Assembly: GCA_024279735.1 (NCBI GenBank)
Contig: JAJRRF010000166.1
Location: 1 to 47,806 of the forward strand
Reading direction: 5' to 3'
DNA from: Alphaproteobacteria bacterium
Lineage (GTDB): Bacteria; Pseudomonadota; Alphaproteobacteria; Rhizobiales; JAJRRF01
Length of the DNA: 47,806 nucleotides
Each line of letters begins with the position of its first letter. Position 1 is the stretch's first letter. The notes under the pieces were generated by a model. It was given only the letters and a program-made list of their open reading frames with translations, searched no databases and was not told where the DNA came from. The position numbers were made by a program, and so were the translations under genes. Positions 7,004 to 16,631 of the stretch are shown one piece after another.

Positions 7004-7976
7004 TGCGATTAAAAGCGGCCTTCAGGCACGGATAAACTATCTGGCGCGGGAGCTTGCGCCTGGGGGATATGAGGATAGCGGCAATTATTTTGCCAAAAGC
7101 CCGTTGCGGTATGACCGTAAGATTGGCTCATTTTATATTGGCCTGGTGGAGCGGCCAACTTTTCAGCGCGGGGCTTGGATTGACCAAAGCACGGGCGAAA
7201 AGGGCGATATTATTGACCTGATTGTTGCAGTGCATGGACTGGACAAAGTCGCGGCGTTTCGTTGGGGCGCGGATTATTTGGGGCAGGATTTTGAGGTCAA
7301 GGCTTTGCCTAAAGATAGCGCGCCTGTTTATGGTTCTGCTGGCAAGAAACCGCAAAGCGCAAAAGAGCAAGCGGCCAGTGCGGCCAAGTGGTTTGCGCGG
7401 GCAGGGGCGATAAAGAACACGCTGGCAGAAACATATTTAAGCGCGCGCGGGCTGGCGATGAAAGACTACCCGCGCTGCCTGGGTTTTCTTAACAATGTGC
7501 GCCACCGCGATAATGGCACGTTCCCCTGTATGATGACAGGTTTGACGGATGCCAAGGGCAAAGTAAAGGCGGTTCACCGCACTTTTTTAAAGCATGATGG
7601 GACAGGCAAGGCGGAAGTTGATCCGCCTCGCTTGGTATGGCCTGGCTATAAGGGGCTGATTATGCGGCTGCATAGCACAGATGACAGTCATGATCTCGCC
7701 CTTGTGGAAGGGGTTGAGGATGGTTTGAGCGTGGCCAAGGCCAAGCCTGACCTGAATGTATGGGGGGCGGTTTCGGTCTCAAATTTCAAAAATATAACCC
7801 TGCCTGCGATTTTGGGCACAGTCTATATCTGCGCGGATAATGACGCGGCAGAGTCAAAGGCAGGCAGGGCGTTGGACAAGGCAGTAGCGGCACTGTTGCC
7901 AGAGATTAAACGGCGCGGCGCGCGATTAATGATTGTGCGTTCGCCCGTGGGCAAGGATTTTAATGATGTCTACTAA
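6990..7976 (+). CDS. Toprim-domain DNA primase-like protein
   Basis: The N-terminus (GSFYIGL...GAWIDQSTGEKGDIIDLI) resembles the primase finger-like domain without cysteines. The C-terminus, ALVEGVEDGLS...YICADNDAAESKAG, carries the Toprim E...DxD signature. Confidence 0.7.
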   Translation: MLDFNAIKSGLQARINYLARELAPGGYEDSGNYFAKSPLRYDRKIGSFYIGLVERPTFQRGAWIDQSTGEKGDIIDLIVAVHGLDKVAAFRWGADYLGQDFEVKALPKDSAPVYGSAGKKPQSAKEQAASAAKWFARAGAIKNTLAETYLSARGLAMKDYPRCLGFLNNVRHRDNGTFPCMMTGLTDAKGKVKAVHRTFLKHDGTGKAEVDPPRLVWPGYKGLIMRLHSTDDSHDLALVEGVEDGLSVAKAKPDLNVWGAVSVSNFKNITLPAILGTVYICADNDAAESKAGRALDKAVAALLPEIKRRGARLMIVRSPVGKDFNDVY

Positions 7977-8051
7977 CTGCGTTAGGGCTGTTTTTAGCGC
8001 GCGTGGCTGCGTCTTAGGCAGGATAATAATGATTATGCGGGGGCATAGCTT

Positions 8052-9911
8052 ATGAGTAGTACAACCACGGTTGTTGAGGGCGCGTTTATGGAAGCGCGGC
8101 CTGCGGGTGATGATGGTTTTGAAGACTTTAGCCCTGCTATTGGTGAGCCGCTCAATGGTGTGCCGCCTGGGAAGTGGAACAGGCGGCGGGATGGCCTGCC
8201 AGAGGGCTGCCCTGTGACTCCTTTGGGCATTCAAGGCAAGAATTTTTTCTTTCTCGACCACGCGCAACAATTTTATGGCTATAAAGCCAATGATTTTAAC
8301 CAGGCGGGGCTGGAAACGCTATTTGGGGGCGATTATAACTATCTGTGTTGGGCATGGCCGCGCTGGGGCAAGCCGAAGCAAGGTCGGCCTGCACCTGGGG
8401 AACTGATTGCCCAATTTTCGGCTGATATTGTCGGTTATGACAGTGCCCGCATACGTCCTGCGATGATGGCGGCGTGCAAAACCAAGGGCATTTGGAACGG
8501 GATGGATAAATTGCGCGGTCGGGGAGCTTGGAAGGCTTCGGACGGGCGGTTGTTGCTGCATTGCGGTAATGTGATTGTCGATGGTGATACAGAAAAGCTA
8601 CCTGATGAGATAGACGGTTGCGTTTATCCTGCCCTTGGGCCGTTGTCGCGGCCTTGGCCAAAGGCAGCAGAGGCCGATAGCAAGCATCACGGCGCCAATT
8701 TGCTAAAGCTGTTCAGGCAATGGAATTTTAAGCGTAAGGATGTTGATCCTGTTTTGCTGCTTGGTGCTGTTGGGGTGTGTTTTTTGGGCGGGGCGTTGGA
8801 ATGGCGGTCTGCGACCTATCTGACGGGGGATACAGCCACTGGTAAGTCAACTTTGTTGGGGGTGATAGAGTCTGTGCTGGGTGATTGGGCGATGATGTCC
8901 ACCAATACAACGGCGGCGGGGATTTATCAGAATATTGGCTTTGATGCCACCGCTGTTATTTTGGATGAACTGGAAGCGGCGGAAGATAACCGCAAGATGA
9001 CGGCGATTATTGAGCTGATGCGCCAGGCCAGTAGCGGCGGGCTGATGTTTCGCGGCGGCGGTGAGCATCAAGGGGTCTCGTTTACGAGTCGTTCGGCGTT
9101 TATTTTTGCATCGATCAATCCTGTGCCCTTGGAAAGCCAGGATTTTAACAGGATGGCTTTGCTTCAGCTCCAACCATTGCCGCCTTCCCAGTCCCAACCT
9201 GTGATAAAAGAGGATGAGCTTGCCCTAACGGGCAGGATCATTTTAAAGGCTCTGGCTGATAATTGGCATCGGTTTGACGCGGTTTATCAGCGTTTTGCCC
9301 AGGAGCTGGCTGAAGGCGGGCATAATGGGCGCGGTCAAAAGACCTTTGGTACACTCCTGACCTGTGCGTCCTTGATTGTGGGCGATAAATGGCAGGAGCT
9401 TGATGTGCCGTTGGGTGATGATTTGACCCCGTGGCGCAAGTGGCTGCGGCGCGAGGCCTTGGCAGAGTATGAGGATGCTTTGCCCAATTGGCAGAAATGT
9501 CTCAATAGGCTGCTGACGGTGCATATTGATAAGTGGAGTAGTGGGATGAAAGGCACGATTGGGAAGGAACTGGAACAGTTTTATGAGATGCAGCCAGATC
9601 ATCCCGATACCAATATTGACATGACCAATGGGACTTTGTCCCAAGCGGGGTGTCGGTTGGTCGAGGTTGGCGGGGTTTGGTGGCTGGCTGTTCCCAACCA
9701 GTCTACCGATATGAAGAAAATTTTTGAAGGGTCGCAGTGGGTTGGTGGCTCGACTGGGTCGTGGGGGAATGCGATACGGCAATGGGTCGATGAGGATGGG
9801 TCGCGCTGGCAAAAGAGAAAGGTGCGCGTCAATGGGGCGACGTTGAACTGTACGCTTGTTTCATTAGATGCGCTTTACGGCGATGATGGTGTGATGACGG
9901 ATTGTCTCTAA
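8052..9911 (+). CDS. P-loop NTPase, phage/plasmid replicative (SF3/P4-type) helicase-like
   Basis: Walker A GDTATGKST and Walker B VILDELE. Lies downstream of the primase gene. Confidence 0.7.
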   Translation: MSSTTTVVEGAFMEARPAGDDGFEDFSPAIGEPLNGVPPGKWNRRRDGLPEGCPVTPLGIQGKNFFFLDHAQQFYGYKANDFNQAGLETLFGGDYNYLCWAWPRWGKPKQGRPAPGELIAQFSADIVGYDSARIRPAMMAACKTKGIWNGMDKLRGRGAWKASDGRLLLHCGNVIVDGDTEKLPDEIDGCVYPALGPLSRPWPKAAEADSKHHGANLLKLFRQWNFKRKDVDPVLLLGAVGVCFLGGALEWRSATYLTGDTATGKSTLLGVIESVLGDWAMMSTNTTAAGIYQNIGFDATAVILDELEAAEDNRKMTAIIELMRQASSGGLMFRGGGEHQGVSFTSRSAFIFASINPVPLESQDFNRMALLQLQPLPPSQSQPVIKEDELALTGRIILKALADNWHRFDAVYQRFAQELAEGGHNGRGQKTFGTLLTCASLIVGDKWQELDVPLGDDLTPWRKWLRREALAEYEDALPNWQKCLNRLLTVHIDKWSSGMKGTIGKELEQFYEMQPDHPDTNIDMTNGTLSQAGCRLVEVGGVWWLAVPNQSTDMKKIFEGSQWVGGSTGSWGNAIRQWVDEDGSRWQKRKVRVNGATLNCTLVSLDALYGDDGVMTDCL

Positions 9912-10016
9912 TCCCGACCTGTTTTGATGGTGTGATGGCCTTTGGCTGGGGTCTGGTGGTCTTTCCAGACCTATCTGTGGGTATGGCAGGGCATTTTTGG
10001 GGCGGTTTGTTCTGGT

Positions 10017-10270
10017 TGTTCCAATGATTTTGAAATTGGAACGCTATTGGAACAGCAATTGGAACAGGCAAGTATATGTTTTAAAAGGGTTTTTTGCGCT
10101 TTGTTCCAATGTTCCAGTGTTTTGCAAAGGTCTCTATATGTGCGCGCATGTGGGATGGTATAAATCATTGGAACAGTGGAACATAGATATATATATCCAT
10201 ATAACCTATTGATATATATAGATATTTATTGTTCCAATTGCTGTTCCAATCGCGTTCCAGTCTGGAACAG
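10017..10270. repeat. iteron field: 12 copies of an ATTGGAACAG-type repeat in dyad-symmetric arrays around an A+T-rich core
   Basis: GGAAC cores start at 10038, 10049, 10061, 10170, 10178 and 10264. GTTCC cores start at 10018, 10103, 10111, 10231, 10243 and 10254. 10037-10066 is a near-perfect inverted copy of 10231-10260. An AT-rich run lies at 10184-10230. Confidence 0.85.
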
Positions 10271-10297
10271 AATAAAATAAGGGAGTTTAATCAGGTT

Positions 10298-10837
10298 ATG
10301 GCTAGAAAAGGGGGTTTGGCTTCACTGTTGGATGAAATTGGGGCGTTTGACGCGCCAGCTTGTGACAGTGAGCAACTGGCGTTGTTTGATGACGTTCACG
10401 AGGCCGCACAGGCGGATAGTCTTAATTGCGCTGCTAGGGGCGATAATGGCGATCATGGCGCGGATAGTCTTAATCGCGGGCGTGGCCGTCCTAAGGGCGC
10501 GTTAAATCGCTCTACGGTCGAGATGAGGCGGTATATTGCCAACAAATATAGCGTGTCTCCTTTGGAGTTTCTGGTTGGCCTGCTGAATACGGATACGCAG
10601 ACCATCATTGAAGAAACGGGCTGCAAGGTAGAGAATGTCATCAAAGTACAGACAAGCGCGGCGGTTGCGGCGCTCCCTTATCTTCACCAGAAAATGCCTG
10701 TTGACGTGCATGTAGCGGACACCAAGAGGCATCTGGTGCTGATGGAAGGCATGACCAGCGAAGCTGAGGAGCTGCTACGCAATGAGGACGCTATCATCAT
10801 AGAAGTGGATGAAAATGGGGAAGAAATAGCTGACTAA
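10298..10837 (+). CDS. putative terminase small subunit
   Basis: Start MARKGG at 10298. The basic segment NRGRGRPKGALNRSTVEMRRYI, the acidic C-terminus and the position upstream of terL all fit. The call rests on position and motif only. Confidence 0.5.
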   Translation: MARKGGLASLLDEIGAFDAPACDSEQLALFDDVHEAAQADSLNCAARGDNGDHGADSLNRGRGRPKGALNRSTVEMRRYIANKYSVSPLEFLVGLLNTDTQTIIEETGCKVENVIKVQTSAAVAALPYLHQKMPVDVHVADTKRHLVLMEGMTSEAEELLRNEDAIIIEVDENGEEIAD

Positions 10838-11264
10838 AATAACGACCGATTAAAAATACAATCTCAAAATGAGGGCTTGACTTTTGAATGTCGCAAGACA
10901 GTAACAGTAAACCAGAAGATAAACCCGTCTACTAAATCTAAGTGTAAAACGAAAACGAACTATTAAGTTCGCTAAACTACGCACAAAAAAACGCCTGGGG
11001 GGGGTGTTTTTGTCAGTACACGCAACAAAAAAAGCCCCCCAGAAAATGAAAAATTCTCTCTCTCCCAGGGCTGTCCCCTCGCACACATAGGGATATTTTT
11101 GAGTTTTCGCCTGCCCAAAGCCCGCCTCTTTCTATACAGGCCTGTGGTTATGGGGTTTACAGAGGGTCGAGCTTGGCTGTCTCCTGTTCGGGTCGGGGTG
11201 AGGGTAATAGAGATATGGGGGCTGTAAGCCCAATGGAATAGAGTTTGGAAAGGATAGGGATAGG

Positions 11265-12788
11265 ATGGCAACACAGTTCACAGTCCAGCGTTATAGTCCC
11301 CCTGGGCCTGTTGCAGCGGCTTTTATTGAGGATTTAAGCAAGGTCGCGATTATAGAAGGACCCTACGGGTCTGGGAAAACCACTGCGTGTTTCTTCCGAA
11401 TGCTGAGCCGCGCCATGCGGATGCCAATCTGTCTGGACGGTAAAATACATTATCGCGGCCTGGTGCTACGTAACACCTACCGAAAAATGGAGAAAACCGC
11501 CATCAGGACATGGCTCAAATGGTATCGAAAAGAAGATGGCATTTGGCAAGGCGGGCAAGACCGCCCCTGTAAACATGTGATTGAGTTTGATGTGATGCGC
11601 CGCTTCAAAGACGGTGAGCTTCATAAAGTGCCTGTGATTTTTGAAATAGAATTTGCCGCCGTTGGCGACCAGGATGCGGAAGAATTTTTTGACGGCTATG
11701 AAGTGACAGATATTTTCGTCAATGCCCTAAATACCTGCAATGAGGATATTATGACTTATGGCGTTGGCCGTACAGGCCGCTATCCAGCGGAAAAAGATTT
11801 GCCTGAAGGTGCGATTTATCATGACAGTTTTACGGGCGATACCAACGCGCCAACTGTTGATACCTGGCTAGACCGCTATAGCTATCACTTGCCAAAGCAA
11901 GCACTCTGGTTTCGCCAGCCTGGCGGCAATGAACAGGCGGCCGAAAATTTGCAAAACCTCAAGGGCGGCCGAAAATATTATGATAATCTTTATGATTTGA
12001 ATAAAAATCGTCCCTGGTGGTGCGAACGGATGCTCTCAAACAAACGCGGCTTTAGCCGTAATGGTAAACCTGTTTATGAAGATTTTAATGATGGGATTCA
12101 TGTCGCCCCTCAATCGCTCAAAATTGCCCCCAACTTGCCCCTCTATATTGGCATAGATGGCGGCCTTCACCCTGCGGCCATAGCTGGCCAATGGCGACCC
12201 AATGGGCAACGCCGCATATTGGGAGAGCTTGTGCCTGGCCGCGTTGGCGCGAATGAATTTGGCCGCTTATTGGCCGTTTGGCTTCAGCAGATAGCCCCGC
12301 CTGCGGGCATAAAGGCCATTTTCTGTGACCCTGCCAACTTTTATGGCGGCGGCAATGATGAAGATGACAAGACTTGGACTGAAATTGTCGAGGGCTATCT
12401 GGACATCATCATGACCGAAGCTGATACCAACGCCCTATCTGCCCGCCTGGATGCCGTGCGGCTGCCGCTAAAATATCGGATAGACGGTGTGACCCCTGAG
12501 CTAATTATCTCGCCAGATTGCAAAATTCTCAGGCAAGGATTTAACAGCGGCTATCGTTATCAAAAGCGCAAAAAAACCGATACAGATAATGATGACACCC
12601 AAGATTTTGGCCTTGAGCCACTGAAAAATGACTATAGCCATCCCCATGATGCTCTGCAATATCTCAATCTGGGCATGGGCGGCTTGCGGTCACTGACGGG
12701 CGGCAAAGGCCGCCATGGCTCTGGCACGGCATTCTCTGGCCGCTCTGGCGGCGGCACAATCAAAAACACAACGAAACTATTTGGATAA
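11265..12788 (+). CDS. terL: terminase large subunit
   Basis: Walker A EGPYGSGKTT near the N-terminus. 507 aa, with a conserved C-terminal nuclease-like region (DALQYL). Lies upstream of the portal gene. Confidence 0.85.
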   Translation: MATQFTVQRYSPPGPVAAAFIEDLSKVAIIEGPYGSGKTTACFFRMLSRAMRMPICLDGKIHYRGLVLRNTYRKMEKTAIRTWLKWYRKEDGIWQGGQDRPCKHVIEFDVMRRFKDGELHKVPVIFEIEFAAVGDQDAEEFFDGYEVTDIFVNALNTCNEDIMTYGVGRTGRYPAEKDLPEGAIYHDSFTGDTNAPTVDTWLDRYSYHLPKQALWFRQPGGNEQAAENLQNLKGGRKYYDNLYDLNKNRPWWCERMLSNKRGFSRNGKPVYEDFNDGIHVAPQSLKIAPNLPLYIGIDGGLHPAAIAGQWRPNGQRRILGELVPGRVGANEFGRLLAVWLQQIAPPAGIKAIFCDPANFYGGGNDEDDKTWTEIVEGYLDIIMTEADTNALSARLDAVRLPLKYRIDGVTPELIISPDCKILRQGFNSGYRYQKRKKTDTDNDDTQDFGLEPLKNDYSHPHDALQYLNLGMGGLRSLTGGKGRHGSGTAFSGRSGGGTIKNTTKLFG

Positions 12789-12792
12789 TATC

Positions 12793-13278
12793 ATGCAAGC
12801 ACTACAAAAAGATATAACAACGCTACAAGACTTTGAAAGCCTTCAGGCTTATGGCCTGGTCATTGCCAGGCCATCACGGTTTGAGGACTGGCACGACATT
12901 ATGCGCGCGTCAGGCCGCAAAGCCATGCCGCCGCAATATCTGTCGGCAGCGCGCTACCAGACTGCCTTGCCAACCTCATTTAGCGTCTGGCACAAAGGTG
13001 CCATGCACCGCGTCCCGCTTCTGGTCGGCGGTGCTGTCCCTCTGGTCAATCACTCAATGGTCTGGCTTCAGCCAGGGCCAGAGATGAAAAATAATATGTA
13101 CCGCTGCATAAAATGGGCGCGGGCAGAAATGGCCTGGCAAAAAAAACAGGCAGTCAATGGCAGCCTAAGGCTGGAAGTGCAGCACGGCCATAAGCCTGGC
13201 CAGCGCATGGCGCGGCTGATCGGATTCAAACGTATCTCAATTGGCCAAATGGAAATTTGGGAATTTAATCCCCAATAG
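12793..13278 (+). CDS. hypothetical protein (161 aa)
   Basis: ATG at 12793, 5 nt after the terL stop. I recognise no motif. Confidence 0.5.
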   Translation: MQALQKDITTLQDFESLQAYGLVIARPSRFEDWHDIMRASGRKAMPPQYLSAARYQTALPTSFSVWHKGAMHRVPLLVGGAVPLVNHSMVWLQPGPEMKNNMYRCIKWARAEMAWQKKQAVNGSLRLEVQHGHKPGQRMARLIGFKRISIGQMEIWEFNPQ

Positions 13279-13341
13279 GCAGGTGATAGCGGCCTGGAAC
13301 TAAAATTGCGCCGCGCAGGCGCGGATTTAAACAAGGAAATA

Positions 13342-13563
13342 ATGATGGGCGGAGTAGTGAAAGCGATATTTGGCGGCGGTGACAATGGCCTGGCAGAAGC
13401 CAGGGCGCGGCAAGCGGAGCAGGATCAAAAAATAGCGGCGCGAGAAGCCAAGGTCAATAGGCAAGAAAGTGCCCTAAAGGGGCTACTGTCAGGCGGCAAT
13501 GGCAAAAGCGTACTTGGATTTTCAGGTGAAGATGATGGCAAGGGCGAAACTTTCGGCGGATAA
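13342..13563 (+). CDS. hypothetical small protein (73 aa, Gly-rich ends with a coiled middle)
   Basis: ATG-ATG at 13342, preceded by AAGGAA. Confidence 0.5.
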   Translation: MMGGVVKAIFGGGDNGLAEARARQAEQDQKIAAREAKVNRQESALKGLLSGGNGKSVLGFSGEDDGKGETFGG

Positions 13564-13566
13564 ATT

Positions 13567-15234
13567 ATGAATATTCAAGTCAAACCAAAGCGCAGTGAGG
13601 CAGAACAGCAGGTCTCAAACCTAAAACGCCTGCGTAAGCGGGCGGAAAAACTGGAAAACGGGCGCAGCGCGTGGGATAGCCTGCTTGACCAGGTGAATAA
13701 ATATATTATCCCTTACCGTGCCAATACCCGCGCAGGCAACAATAAGGCAAATGTCGGTGATAATCTGACAGATGACATCTTTGATGCCACCGCGCCAAAG
13801 GCGGTTTTCCGCTTTGCAGGCATGTTTGCCGAACAAATTCTGCCTGAAAATTTCTTTGAGCTGGATGTCGGCCCCGTGCTGGAACTGGCAATACGCAATG
13901 AAGCAGGTGATGAGGCAGACGATCAAATTAAAGCCGAAAAGGAAAGCCTGGATATTGTCAGTAAAATCGTCAAGGCAGGTCTTAATACGGGCAGTTTTGC
14001 CACCTCTAAGCATGAGGCAGGCCTGGACTTGGCCAGCGGCACGGCAGCTTTATTGCTCAATAAAGGTGATCCTGAGCAAGGCGATGATGTGCTGGATGCA
14101 ATGTGCGTCTCTATTCGTGAAGTCACCCCAGAATATGATACCCGTAACAGATTGCGCGGCGTGGTCTGGCCGCGTATGATCCCCGCCGATGAACTGAAAG
14201 AGCAGTGGCCGAAGGGCAGATTTTCCGACAAAATAAAAAAGCTGATGGATGAAGAGCCTGACCAAGAAGTCAAGGTCTATCAATATACCCGAAGGCAGGG
14301 CAAAAAATGGCAGCTCACAGTCTGGTGCGCTGATGATGAAGACAACCAGCCGCCAATTTTTACCGAAGAAAGCCGCACATCGCCCTGGATTATCCCGCGC
14401 TGGTTCGTTGTCCCGGGGGAGCCGTTTGGCCGTGGCCCTGCCATGATCTCCCTGCCATTTGTCAAGGTGCTGAACAAGGCTCAGGAATTGGCACTAATGG
14501 CCGCCGCCTTCGCCGTGATGCCGATTTGGATGGTCAAGGATGACCAGGTATTTAATCCTGATAATGCCCGCCAAGAACCAGGGGCATTCTGGCCAGTGCG
14601 CCATACAGGTGGCCGCGCGGGGTCATCCATCCAGCCTTTGCCCGTGCCAAATAATTTTGATGTGTCGTCTGTGGTGATAGCCGAGTAACGGCAACAAGTT
14701 CAGACTGCCATGTTTGATGAACCGCTCTATAGCCAGTCCGATGCAGTCAGAAGCCCAACCGAAATTGCAGACCGCCGCGCCGTCCATAACCGCGACCTGG
14801 GCGGGGTATTTGGCCGGCAAACCATGGAAACCGTGCGGCCAATAGTCCAGCGCGCAATAGAAATATTATTTGATGCTGGCCAGTTGCCGCGCGATGTCAA
14901 TATCGACCAGCTGCTTTATAAAATCAAGATTGTCTCACCAATGGCAGACCAGATGCAGGCCTTGGAAGTCAAGGCTACTGTTGATTGGCTGTCCATGATC
15001 GGCCAAATGGCAGGCCAGGAAGCGATGATGCTGGCCGTGCGATTGGAAAAGACCTTGCCAGATATAGGCCGCAAAATGGGCGTGCCTGAACAATATATCG
15101 CCACCAAGGAAGACATGAAGCAAATCACCCAGCTGGTTGCCCAAATGCTGGCCGCCCAACAACAAGCCCAGCAAGCAGAGCAAGGCGGCGGACAACAGCA
15201 GGCCGAAGCCCCGCCGCCTGGCTTGCCGGTCTAA
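13567..15234 (+). pseudogene. portal (head-to-tail connector) gene interrupted by one in-frame TAA at 14686-14688
   Basis: Track ORFs 13567..14688 (373 aa) and 14710..15234 (174 aa) are in the same frame. The reading continues ...VVIAE*RQQVQTAMFDEPLY. The combined ~555 codons and the position between terL and scaffold fit a podoviral portal. Confidence 0.65.
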
Positions 15235-15340
15235 ATTTGGGCGCGGTCTTTGCGGCTGAAACACGCCAGCCCTAGCCAGTTTGTGACTTATTTTAAAATT
15301 TTGTCATGTGACAGCTTTGACGCGGGGTTATGCTTGCATC

Positions 15341-15691
15341 ATGCAAAATAATTCCAAACTTCCCTCATCATGGGACAAACTCGGCGGACTATCCAATCCT
15401 CCCTTGTCCCAGTCAGATGAGATCAAAAATATGAAAAATGCCTTTGACCGAATGGCCGACCTGTTTGTGTCAGTGCTGGACACAGACCAGGGCAAACGCC
15501 TTCTGGATTATCTTGAAGCGTCTACTATCCAACGCTCCAGCTTTAACATTGATGATGAGACCTTGGAAAAGGTGGCCTTGCGCGGCGCGTTTCGCGCAGG
15601 TCAAAATGCGGTTGTGATGCAAATGATTGACGTGGTGCGCCACGGCAAAAAAATGAAAGCCATTAACAGGGAGGCTGATAGTGAATCGTAA
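15341..15691 (+). CDS. hypothetical protein (116 aa)
   Basis: ORF between portal and scaffold. The ATG at 15341 is preferred over the GTG at 15308. Confidence 0.5.
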   Translation: MQNNSKLPSSWDKLGGLSNPPLSQSDEIKNMKNAFDRMADLFVSVLDTDQGKRLLDYLEASTIQRSSFNIDDETLEKVALRGAFRAGQNAVVMQMIDVVRHGKKMKAINREADSES

Positions 15692-16607
15692 ACCCCTCAT
15701 TGCCTTTGCGCCTGAAACAGGGGCTGGGGCTGGTGCAGATTCAGGCGCGGCAGAAGCTCCGCCGCCTGCTTCACGTCATGATGCCAGCTATGGCGGCCTG
15801 GTGACAACGCCAGAAGCCCCAGGCAGTGCTGATCCAGCGCAAAACCAGGCTGATCCAGCAACGCCGCCCGCTTCAGACCCCGCTTCAGGGAATGACCAAC
15901 AGCCCCCTGAAAAGGCAGAGACAAAATCATACCAGCCAGAAGGCTTGCCAGATGATCTGCTGGGCGCAAATGACCAGGAAACCATTGACAAAATGTTGGC
16001 AGCGCAGTCTAAAAACGCAGCGCCTGAAACACCAGCAGATTACAAATTTGAGTTTGATCAAAAGCTTAAAGATAGTTTCCCTGGTAATCCTGCGGATGAT
16101 CCCGCCCTGATCGGCTGGTCAGATATTGCCCATAAGCATGGTCTCAGCAATGAGGCCGCCAATAGCATTATCACAGAAGTTATGAATGATTGGCTTGATA
16201 AAGGGCTGGTTGCCAAGCCTGTCAGCCCAGATGAATTTTGGAATGCCCTGGCTGAAAATGGCGGCGGTGCCGCGTCAGGACAAAAGCGCGTCAATGAAGC
16301 AGCCACCTTTGTCCAGGGATTGGAAAACAGCCATGTGTTGACGGCGCAACAAAAAATCAGCCTGACAAATTTTGCCACTGCCGCCCCTGAAAATGTCGCC
16401 ATCATTGAAGCCCTAAAGGGCGCAATGGCAGGCCACGGGGTGCAGACAGGCGGTGATCCGTCTGTGCCAACAGCCTTCACAAAAGACGACCTTGCCCGTC
16501 GCCGTTCTGACCCACGTAACGATAGCCAAAATCATGCCAATTATGACCCGAAATATCGTGCCGAAACAGACAGGCTGGCAAAAAGTCTTTTAAAAACAGA
16601 ATCGTAA
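15681..16607 (+). CDS. putative scaffolding protein
   Basis: GTG start with a strong SD (AGGGAGG). Low-complexity Ala/Pro/acidic N-terminus. Lies immediately upstream of the capsid gene. Confidence 0.55.
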   Translation: MNRKPLIAFAPETGAGAGADSGAAEAPPPASRHDASYGGLVTTPEAPGSADPAQNQADPATPPASDPASGNDQQPPEKAETKSYQPEGLPDDLLGANDQETIDKMLAAQSKNAAPETPADYKFEFDQKLKDSFPGNPADDPALIGWSDIAHKHGLSNEAANSIITEVMNDWLDKGLVAKPVSPDEFWNALAENGGGAASGQKRVNEAATFVQGLENSHVLTAQQKISLTNFATAAPENVAIIEALKGAMAGHGVQTGGDPSVPTAFTKDDLARRRSDPRNDSQNHANYDPKYRAETDRLAKSLLKTES

Positions 16608-16631
16608 AGTTAAAAAAGGTAGGGTAAATAA

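Noticed and set aside
8033-10071. Minus-strand Pro/Arg/Gln-rich ORFs (8033-8230, 8296-8661, 8319-8561, 8728-8910, 8847-9197, 9243-9812, 9335-9556, 9599-9832, 9829-10071)
   Set aside because: They are antisense to, or run out of, the Walker A/B helicase gene. Their composition is typical of reverse-frame translation of G+C-rich coding DNA.
10017-10270. The GGAAC repeat field as a CRISPR array
   Set aside because: The repeats are only about 10 bp, occur in both orientations, and are 11-12 bp apart with no spacer-sized unique segments. No cas genes are present in the window.
10850-11274. Minus-strand ORFs 10850-11086 and 10972-11274 in the terS-terL spacer
   Set aside because: Their orientation opposes the whole late operon, they have no SD, and they are translated from homopolymer-rich sequence. 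They are unlikely to be expressed proteins.
14686-14712. Programmed readthrough or recoding of the portal TAA
   Set aside because: UAA followed by C is an efficient bacterial stop, and I see no downstream stimulatory hairpin and no slippery sequence. A mutation or a sequencing error is the more economical explanation. It is kept only as a finding to be checked.
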